A stretch of DNA of 64,000 nucleotides from positions 11,470,001 to 11,534,000 of the forward strand of contig OZ059897.1 in the NCBI GenBank assembly GCA_964057225.1, read 5' to 3'. The number at the start of each line of letters is the position of its first letter. Within the stretch, counting starts at the first letter, position 1. Below the pieces are notes generated by a model that ran no database searches, was not told where the DNA came from, and saw only the letters and a list, made by a program, of their open reading frames with translations. Both the position numbers and the translations under genes were made by a program. The stretch is from Auanema rhodensis (Eukaryota; Animalia; Nematoda). Below, in pieces: positions 50,179-64,000 of this stretch.

Positions 50179-50912
50179 AACTCAATCATAAATATCGTCT
50201 AATACCTGTTGATGATGAAACGCTGAATATAGACAAGTTTGATGCTGAATTGAAGCTCTTACGAGAGAATAAATCTATACCCGATTATAAAAAGGCTGAA
50301 CTATACGAAGACTTGATTACCCGTCTCAAAAACTATAGAGAAAGCATAGATGCGCCTATATCAGTACAAGTGGAAAATGCTGATCCACCATTATTGCCAG
50401 AATACAAGCTGCCACGAAAGTATAACGATCTGTGGGAAAGATTTCCAGAGGTGCGTACAAACAAAAATAACCAACTTGTGATTAATAATGAGCCCGTACC
50501 AAACACAAATATTACAAAAATTTTGGATTTTGTACTGGATAAAACAAAGACGGAACCCAATGGATTCTCAGTATTAGCCAAATTCTTAGCCAGTAATGGG
50601 GTCTCTAGCCCTAACAAGAAGGCAAAAAATGAAGAGCCTGCCGTCAGTAACAAGGATTCAGTTGATCCCGTGTCTACATCCACATCGGCTGTCACAGACT
50701 TGGATGCTACTATTAATATATTACCTAGAATACCATGTCATCGTAAGGCTGTTATTCGATATTCACCCTCTCCGCGTCGTACATTCAAATCCAAAGCTAT
50801 AAATAAAAAGGCTAAACCCGCTGACACTGGTGAATCATATTACACACCTCAGGCGGGAGAAACACAGAATGGCAAAGGCCGTAAACGATTCTACATTAGA
50901 TTAAGGAAGTAA
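50175..50912 (+). CDS. Uncharacterised Maverick protein (245 aa) ending in QxGxG and a basic tail
   Basis: Long ORF present in three copies; overlaps the integrase start. Confidence 0.7.
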   Translation: MKLNHKYRLIPVDDETLNIDKFDAELKLLRENKSIPDYKKAELYEDLITRLKNYRESIDAPISVQVENADPPLLPEYKLPRKYNDLWERFPEVRTNKNNQLVINNEPVPNTNITKILDFVLDKTKTEPNGFSVLAKFLASNGVSSPNKKAKNEEPAVSNKDSVDPVSTSTSAVTDLDATINILPRIPCHRKAVIRYSPSPRRTFKSKAINKKAKPADTGESYYTPQAGETQNGKGRKRFYIRLRK

Positions 50913-51978
50913 TGTTTTGGAGAACATTTATTATAATATTAAGCATCCAGCTTCTTATACGTCTGCCAAAAATCTATTATTGGAAGCGCGAAAGCATGGC
51001 ATCGCAAAAGCACAAGTTGAAAGTTTTTTGCAAGACTCTGAAACTTTTACACGTCATAAACCAACCAGACTGCATATGCAGACTAGAAAGACTAGAGGAT
51101 GTGGTCGATTTCTAACAGTGCAAGCAGATTTGGTTGATATGCAAAAATATAAAAAATTAAACGACGGCTATGCTTACATGTTGACCATGATTGATGTTTA
51201 TACACGCATATTATATGTTAGGCCTTTGAAAACTAAAGGTGGTATAGAGGTTGCTAGTGCATTTGAAAATTTATTCAAGAATTTTATAGCAATTCAGTTG
51301 ATTACTGATAATGGCACAGAGGTTTATAATAGTCATTGTGAAAAACTATTCAAAAAGTTTGCCATACTGCACGGATCTACAAGTTCACCACAAAAAGCTG
51401 CAATGTTGGAGCGAGCAAATAGAACTTTAAAAACACGCATGATGAAATATCTCTAGTACAAGAATAATCATCGTTGGATTGATATCCTAGATGATTTGGT
51501 TGAAGGAATAAACAAATCTTATAACCGCTCCATAAAAATGCGGCCCATTGATGTTAAAGCAAATATATTCATTGAAGAATATGCACCAGCTGTTAAAAGC
51601 CGCTTTAAAATTGGTGATACTGTTCGCATAAGTAAAAATAGGCGTACTTTTGAAAAAAGCTACGAGTCTGGATATACAATGGAGCTGTTCACAATTGATG
51701 AGGTTGTAACCGGAAACCCAACCGTGTATAAACTTGTAGATTATAATGGTGAACGTATAAAGGGAATATTCTACGAACCTGAACTTGTCTTGGCTACTAA
51801 TAAAAGCAACCAGTACTATATAGAAAAAGTTTTAAAAGAGCGTACACGAAATGGTAAACGCCAAGTATTTGTAAAATGGAGTGGCTATCCCGACAACTTT
51901 AATGAATGGATAGATGCAGAAAATTTAAATGTATATTTTTTCACTGTTGTTGTAAACAATTGTATTAATAATAAATGA
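50869..51978 (+). pseudogene. RVE integrase with chromodomain, copy B
   Basis: Start MAKAVNDSTLD inferred from the 34.7 kb copy; stops near 50902 and 51454; natural stop lost. Confidence 0.88.
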
Positions 51979-52231
51979 TTTATTTGATCAATCGTTCATA
52001 TTGTAACAATAAAAAACCAGCAAAACATAAAAGCCAAGACAATGATATAACCTATAATTATAAACTGATTAATATTTAAATTTTTAATGCTTACCAGTTG
52101 GTTAGAGAGTCGGCTGTTGATGGATAATTTCAAACTTCAAGAGCTGGAAAAAAATGTTACGGCTAAGAAAATTTAAATATAACATAACAAAATCAACCAA
52201 CTGTCCATTAAACAGTTTGTGCTTGTTGTAG

Positions 52232-52520
52232 TCAAAACGATGGATCAAAACGGATAAGCATATTCAAGTTGAGCGCCTGTTGACTTAATTTAAAGTAGAA
52301 CACATTCTGCTTATAACCAAAAGACTTGACAGTTGACTCATCAGTATAGATGGCAATGTAACTCATATTATTCAACAATTGTTTTGATGACATGCTAGAG
52401 TAGGAACGCATCTGTAAAAGAAAAAATAATAATTAGAATTAATAATTTTATAATCTTACATTGATTGTTGAATTGATCGCAGGATTGTTGCGAAAAACAG
52501 ACTTGTACACATCCGATTAC
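52232..52520 (-). pseudogene. Copy-B homolog of the spliced accessory gene (last exon intact, 5' part lost or diverged)
   Basis: MRSYSSMSSKQLLNNMSYIAIYTDESTVKSFGYKQNVFYFKLSQQALNLNMLIRFDPSF; same 180-nt exon and splice sites. Confidence 0.7.
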
Positions 52521-52752
52521 AAGTACAACATTTCCAGACACTTTGTAGAATAGAAACTCTTACAAAATGTTAACACATGTTCTAATTTTAAATAAAAATT
52601 CATTGTTCAATAAATATATTACGAAACATTTATTCTATTCTTGAACATAGTTATGAAATACATTAGCTATCAGAACATTTATAAACTATTAGGGCTACAA
52701 CGACAATTACTTTAAAGTAACATTTTTGATGTTAAAAAGTTTGAAAATATTC

Positions 52753-53523
52753 GTATATACTCATGACCCCTTGGCATAGTAAGTATTCTTTAGCGTTATG
52801 GGTACATGTGGTGTACAGCTATTTATCATATTTTTATGAACACAACTTTTGCCATGTGGTACATGTGTAGTGCACCTGTTTTAACGATCTTATCGAATTA
52901 ACCTTCGATACGTGTTTCATTAAATTTAGTTTAAATATTTAGAACTTCTTATCGAATTGACCTTCGATATGAGTTCCATTGATTAACCCATATGAGGTAC
53001 GGTGAACATATTGATTACCTTTTAAAAATGTTTTTAAATAAATAAAAAACAATATATATGAGAAATAATTTATTCAGTTTTAAAGATACAATTAAAAAAT
53101 ATATAAATATTAAAATACATTTAAAAATAAATATTATTAAAAATATATTTAAAAAGAAATAATTAAATAATAATATTTACAAATACAATTTACAAATATA
53201 TAAATAATAAAAATTCATTTAAAAAGAAATAATTTTGAAAATATTTACAAATACAACTAACAAATATATAAATAATAAAAATTCATTTAAAAATACATTA
53301 AAAAATGATTTTAAAAAAGATTTAAAATCATGCATTTTGATCCATGCGCAGGCTCGAGAGCCTGCCTCGGGAGGAAAAGTATATTTTTGACAGCTGACGC
53401 CGAAAATATGATTTTAACAGTTGACGCCCCCAAAAGTATGATTTTAGCAGCTGACGCCCTCAAAAGTATGTTTTTAGCAACTGTTTGGGGGCGTGGTTAG
53501 TAAATTCGGCATGGCTCTCTACT
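52753..53523 (-). repeat. Right TIR of Maverick B
   Basis: Terminal ~30-bp repeats and CTCTCTACT end; inner part mirrors 37.9-38.7 kb. Confidence 0.9.
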
Positions 53524-54410
53524 AACGTAACTGTTTCACCAATCTTATCGAATTAACCTTCAATGTGTGCTCTATAGAGTTATTGTATTGTTATATTGTA
53601 ATATCCTTGATTTGGATATTAATGTTCCATGTTATTGACCCTTAAATTGATGTGTTGTAAAAGAAACAATGAGATTTGAGGAAGAGAGAAAGATTTATTA
53701 TAAATAAAAAACATTTAAACAATAAACAAATAAAGATAAAGATAAGTCCGCCAACTGAAGATTCAGTTGAATGGCAAGCTTATATAGCGAATGTTATCAG
53801 CATTTTCCACGAAAGGTTATAAGTTGTCAATGACAATTATAACTATCTCAGAAAATGCTGAGGCTGCAAAATATAACTGATAGCATAATACACTAAGACA
53901 AGAAACTAGAATTATAAAATATAAAATATAAAACACAGAATAAAGAAATACATAAAAATTATAGAAAGAATAAAGTAAAGAATTATAAAGTATAACAATA
54001 TTAGTAAAATAAAATTTAAAACTATTCCTAATGTTCATCTTTTCTTATAATTTGAAAATTTTACTTGTTACAATAAATATAATTAATAACAATTCATAAT
54101 TTCAAAAAATAATAATTTAATGTCGTTCTTATCGAATTAACCTTCGATATGTGTTCCATTGATTAACCCATAAGAGGTACGGTGAACATATTGATTAGCT
54201 TATATATATTCAAATTTTGTAAATTAAAACAAAACAATATATAATAAAAAATTTTTTCAAATGTATAAATATTAAAAATACTTTTAAAAAGAAAAAATTT
54301 AAAAAATAGGCTCAAGTGCAGTTCAAAAAATTCTGTAAAACCTGATATTGGGGGGTAAACCCCCCAATCCCCCTGTCCATGCGCAGGCTCGAGACCTTCC
54401 CTCGGGAGGT
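53524..54410 (-). mobile_element. Remnant of another Maverick TIR flanking copy B
   Basis: TATCGAATTAACCTTC repeats, GTACGGTGAAC, and a CCATGCGCAGGCTCGAGA block matching 53342; terminus absent. Confidence 0.75.
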
Positions 54411-56226
54411 AACCTGATCATTAACAATTTCATTTATATTTGTGTGTTTGTTAACAGTTGTTACTTGTATATGTTCTGACTTCTCAAATTATAATTTTAA
54501 TAGCTGAAGCCATATCTAAAAAAATTCATTTTCATTTTAATTGATTTTATTTTGCTCTGGACATTATATAATTCTTTAAAATGTAATCATCTTGTTACCC
54601 GTACCTTTTTAATATTTTTTTTCAAATTATAGTTTTTCATTAAATATATTTATTTATAATGTTTGCTTATTCATCTAATATATTTATTATATTTGATTAT
54701 TAACGTTTGACTTAAATCAGAGTCAAAAAAGAGATATGTGAACTATGTAAACATATATATGCTACTTCAGGTTGATGAAGTTATTATTTAATTTAGCTCA
54801 GGCTTAGCCTAAGCCAAACCATTACTTAGTGAAAGATTAAAATTAAAAATATAATAACTAATAATAGAAATGATATCAATAACTGATATCAATAACTGAT
54901 ATTGATAACCTGATCATTAACTATTTTCTTCATATTTCTGTTTGTTAACATTATTATACATTTAATACATACTAATTAATTTTGTTTTATCTTACTGCTT
55001 TAACTTATTGAATATGCAATTTAATGCGAAACCGTACCAGACCTCAAAGCCACATGTTCATCTACATTTCAACATCTGATTGCTAACGTTTTGATGAACA
55101 TTTCATAAATAATATTTGTTAATTCTACCAACAAATTCATAGCCAACAGAGACTATTTAGATATTTTTGAGTAATAGACAATATCTTGCTCATAAAATAG
55201 ATCATGATAATCTTGAAAAAATAAAAAAAATTGAAAAAGTGTTGCTTATGAAATGCCCAAGCAGTTGAATAAAGACAAATACTCTCAGGCAGTGCATTAT
55301 ATTACAGAAAAAGCATTCACGAATTTGTTGCTATAGCCAAACGGCTACATGAAATGACAAGTAAACACTGTTATTGGAAACAAATTGAAAACCGGAGAAA
55401 TATGTTTTGTGTTTTCACAATTTTAAAAAAAGGGAATGTTTGAACACATTTTCTAGCGCCATCTGATGAAAAACTAGCTAAAAATAATGATAATCCATTT
55501 ATTACTTATTGCGAAAAGTGTATACCAAATGAAAAAAATGAGATAAATTATTACCATACAAAGTTTTTATATTTGCCTGCAATCAGTATATATTGGTTCT
55601 ATAAAACTCGATAAAATGGTATAAATAATAACACAAATGGTCCTCGAGACATAAATGAAGTTCAAAAAACATTTTCCAAATATGTTTATAATATAACAAA
55701 ATTCAAATAAATGTAGGTATTTCTAAAATTGGTTATCGAGCATATTCAAACACAAACAGAGAAAAATTGTCATGTGGTATTGAAGTTAGTATTTGGTATG
55801 AAAAGATCATATCGGAGGATTGAAGTTTTAAAAACTCCTGATTCAATTATCAAGATTTTCAGAAATTGAAAACCTATCACAGTTTCTTTCCGAAAAATTT
55901 TTTGTACTAATTTTATAATCTTAAAAAACAGTAGTGAAAAATCACATAGTTAACTATATGCAAATAGCATGTATATATATATATATATTAAAAGCAATAT
56001 TTATCAAGTTAACAATATTGGCATATCGCCATAATAGCTACAGTAATCTGAAGTGATTATCCTGCACATCATTATCATTTGATAAACTGATAATTTGGCC
56101 TAAAATGGTTGATGTGAACATTTTTCCTTTTGCGGGCTGTTCTGCATATTGTGCTATATTCTATGTATTCTGAACTTTGTTTAAATAACATGATTTAGTT
56201 AAAATCCATGTTTTTTCTAGTTAAAA

Positions 56227-57558
<1,332 letters not shown>

Positions 57559-59460
57559 TTTATTACTGATTTATGTTATTTATAAAACTTTATTCTTGTT
57601 GCTAGTTATCTATAAACAGTTGACGGTTGGAATTTGTTGCTTCATCTACTTTCTCATAGAACAGATCAAGAAGTTCCTCATCGATTTCTCCCAAAAGAAT
57701 TCCTCGTTTTTGAATTTTCCAATAAGGCCGTAAGAGTCCTACAAATACACATACCTAGTTAAAAGTGCAGTACTTACATAACCACCTTTAAGATCTTCGT
57801 TTATGCCAGCAGCTAAAACAACTGGAACAGTTAAATACATATGCACCGAGAGCAGAACTAAAACAGTGTTCCATGTTTGAGGCAAACGTTTTCCACAAAT
57901 AATACGGGTAATACGGCGTATAAGTCTGTTATGATCAATCGTATAACCCATTTCACCATGTATTAATAAAATTTGGATCAGTGGTTATTAGGAATGTCTA
58001 AATGAATTAAATATTATAAAACGCAAAACTAGAGCTTTGAAAAAAGATGAAAAATAAAAATATTGCATTCTTAAGCATATGTGAACTGAGAATAATGTAA
58101 CAATTTTAGAAGATTAATGTGCTATGTAGTTTATTTTGCTTGTTAGGGAGTAAATAGCTTTTCTAAAATTATGTAGTGAAGCTCGAATACACAAACTGAA
58201 TGGGTCTGATTTTAAACCGAGGAGTATGTATAAGTAACTAATGGATTACGCTTAAATTTATTCTGTGTTCATGCTCATAAGTTGGAAAGCCTAACAATCA
58301 TTCAAAAAAAAGTTTTTTTTCTTGAATGCTTATTTATGCTTCAAGAAGCAAGGTTTAACAATAATCGAAACGATATAGAAAGCTTGTTCAAAAAAAATCT
58401 TTAAGGTCAATTTAAAATGATTCAATTAAATTTAAATCAAGAGGAATCATTTCGAATTTGGGGAAATATTCTGCGGCAATCTATGAAACTAATCCAACAG
58501 AGATAACAGATATTAAATGGCAACAATAATGTTGATCTGCGAGCTCCAATCACTTACAAACTCATCCTTCATTAACTGCATCCCCATGGATTACAGGGAA
58601 AATGAAAAAACGAATACGTAATGAAATAGAGAAGTTTGAAGTAAGAAAACATTATCATACACTGTGCCAATTGCATGAAATTTCTTTCCTCCAGTCTGGT
58701 GTAATTATAATTATAATATTTGCCATTCAAAATACTGTAATCTTTGTAATATATTAACCTCGAATTTTCAATGTACGACATTTGATTATTGAGTAATAGA
58801 AAAATTAGAATGTGATCAAATTCTGCAAATACTATACTTGCTGTTTTTCTAGGATCAGTCTGTTTCTTGCCTAAATTATTACCAAAGTAAGCTCGAAGAA
58901 AATCATTTAGAAGTGTATCATTATTTAATTTTGTTTCTCTTTCGTTTTTTATTATTTTAATGATAAATGAGTGATAAATAACCTGATGATATAATACTAG
59001 TGATAAATAATATGTATAATATTATTAATTTCTTTATACTTACAGTTTATTTTTTAAAGTTGGTATAAAATTTTAGCACTGTTTTTACACCAAACTGTGG
59101 TGACGCCGCATAGAAAACCTTTTTGAACCGCCCCCTCAATTACGCTTGGATATTTTATAAGTATGTATTATCCAGACTGAAATGTCTTTTTAAAGAAATG
59201 TGATTATTTGTTTATATTCTTAATTTTTTGTTGCATTATAGTTAAATTTGCTTTGATTAAGAATCGTAAACTTCACTTTTTGTAGAACAACTCATTGTTA
59301 GTTTTGTATTCTTCTTACTATTATTCATTTCAATTTCATTTATTAGAAATATTAAATAATTCTTATTTTATGTTAGCAGTGTTTTTATGTGAATTTTTTT
59401 TCAGTTATTCAAACATAGGTAGCTAGCCAAACTTTCCTTGTATTATTTGCTGTATTTTAA

Positions 59461-62099
<2,639 letters not shown>

Positions 62100-63235
62100 T
62101 TGAAAAACTAAAAACTAATCTTGATTCTTTTGGCCATTACATATTGCGGAGCTGGTTATCATATCAAAAATGTTGTGTTAATTTTTGAGTTTAAAATATA
62201 ATTATTTTATTATTTCCAGGGCATAGACAATAGTCAGTCAATACACAATTTCATTTCTTAATAACTATTTTCTGGGTTTATAATGCATTTTCAGTTAGAA
62301 AATTCAAACTATCAATTATTTTAAGCTCTTTATTTATATTTGAATTTCATGCAAACTGTCTAACAGGGGTTGAGCGAATTATTTGTAACCGGCTGGTAAT
62401 CAAAGCCATGATTGAATAGAACACCAAGAATTATTTTGCAGTATATTTTCGATGCTTCGTTGCTACTTTAACATTGTACACACACTTTCATCTTTAAAAT
62501 AGAATTGTTGTAGTATATAACAGCGATGCATATCTTCAATTTTAAGCTTTTTTTGTTTCAACTTGATATCGTCCCTAAAGCATGACAAGTGAATAAATAT
62601 TCGCTATTTCTGAGTGTTTACATGAATTATGTTAGGAAATGACATGAAATCGTTGTTTTATGAAAAAAACTAACCAAACGTCCTTTCCGCTTTGTATACT
62701 CGTGTTTTGCTCTCTGAAGTATGTACATGTTTAATATCTTTTAGAACATCTGTTTTGGAACACTCTAAACCAGATCCAAGGCAGTTCATTGGTGATTTTG
62801 GAATAGTATCTTGCTTTCTTAACATAATCTATCAGTAATTTGAATTTTTTCACTGATTCTCTTGCAACATCGCTTGAATCGAATGTTGAGCAGGGTTCTA
62901 TACAATTTTTTTTTGCGATCACTGGCTTTGAACCGATATATTTCAAAAATGGCAAAAAAAGAGTTTAAGCTGTTGTTAACTTCATTGATTTATGTCGTAT
63001 TCCTCTTCTATATTTAAGCACCCTTTTTGAAATTTGTCAGTTTCATCTGGGAATTCTTCGTCTTTGCTTTTTAATGTTCAAGCATAAGAAGTTGAGATAT
63101 TTCTTGAAAAGTATAGATGTCTCATGCTATGTGCATTCTGTTTAAAATTTTACTCTCATTTTTAATGTTTTATTTTAGAAGTTGTATATTTTATCTTAGG
63201 AAACTGTCGAAAAATTCCAAAAAAATTCGAGTCTA

Positions 63236-64000
63236 ATGAAAGAGATATTTATTTTTTTCTCACTTATTGGAACGGTTTGTTTTGTCTTTCTAATAAATAT
63301 ATATAAGTTGTTGCTAGCACATAATAAATGAAATAATATAATTTATATTACTTTTATTTCTACTTTCATCAGACATGGGCAGTTCGGGGAGCTCTTGTAT
63401 CAAAAAAAATCAGCCAGATGTCAACTGAACATGACAATAGTGCTGAAGAACTTGAGGAAATAGAAGATGAAGAAGAAGATTTGAACATTTTAGATAGAGC
63501 ACAAATCTATGAGCAAGGGTTGGTTAATAGTGAAGAAAATCGAAAACAATTCTTTTAGAGAAACTAGACATTTTCTTCAATTTTTACGAAAGATAAAGTA
63601 TGATCATAGGCAATGTCCAGGAGATGAAAGAGGAGGTTAGTGATGCTAACTGAATTTAAAATAAATGTTTCCCACGGTTTATAGGTCCAGTAGTCGTAAA
63701 TGTCAGTATAGTTATTAGTAACATACGAGCTGTCTCTGAAGTAACGATGGTATGTCATAATGTATGGTACTTGAAAAATATTTTTTTAAGGACTATAACA
63801 TTGAAATGTTCTATAGAGAATCGTGGAAAGATCCTCGTTTGATTTATACAATAGATAAGTTCAAGAACAAGAGCGAAATAGCTTTACATGAAAGTTATTC
63901 CAACTTTTTGTGGCACCCAGATACCTTTGTTCCCAACGCCATTGCTTCGAAAAATCCAAGAAAACAAAGCATCACACACAGATCTCTTCTGCGGTTTTAA
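63236..64000 (+). CDS. Cys-loop ligand-gated ion channel subunit, 5' part (runs off window)
   Basis: Spliced signal-like N-terminus, [38 protein letters not shown]. Confidence 0.88.

Larger units (their letters stand above)
37895..53523 (+). mobile_element. Maverick/Polinton copy B, near complete, outer left TIR missing, decayed
   Basis: Same gene order as A plus intact penton, PW-like and 245-aa genes; inner left TIR (~37895-38693) mirrors ~52753-53020; right terminus GGCTCTCTACT at 53523. Confidence 0.95.

Noticed and set aside
53817-54038. 73-aa hydrophobic ORF
   Set aside because: Low-complexity AT-rich sequence with no counterpart in either Maverick copy.
54347-54368. ATTGGGGGG-TAAA-CCCCCCAAT hairpin as a Helitron end or terminator
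   Set aside because: No CTRR end or Rep/helicase nearby; lies within a TIR remnant.
63564-63758. Minus-strand 64-aa ORF as a nested gene or inversion
   Set aside because: The plus strand splices into normal Cys-loop channel exons here.

Overview
AT-rich eukaryotic DNA, most likely nematode (~41-46 nt introns, TTTCAG/TTTTAG acceptors, Cer-like BEL element). Positions 1-54.4 kb are a nest of mobile elements dominated by Maverick/Polinton DNA-virus-like transposons of two subfamilies: a structurally complete but decayed A copy (1774-15841, ~970 bp TIRs), a near-complete decayed B copy (~37.9-53.5 kb), and several rearranged fragments including a 2.6 kb fold-back palindrome. Interleaved are an env-bearing BEL/Pao LTR retrotransposon containing a Tc1 element, a mariner fragment and the 3' end of a Ty3/gypsy element. 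From 56 kb on there are ordinary host genes: PHGDH, BTBD10/KCTD20 and a Cys-loop channel. Manual splicing shows features the ORF track misses. The pPolB gene has 13 introns (one GC-AG, two splitting catalytic motifs B and C), while the virion and integrase genes have none. A spliced accessory gene encodes a D-box, CDK sites and a Cys cluster. One locus is dual-coding (C2H2 finger frame over a membrane-protein frame). SIM-like motifs occur in both the Maverick polymerase leader and the BEL integrase tail. All assignments come from motif reading; no database searches were run.
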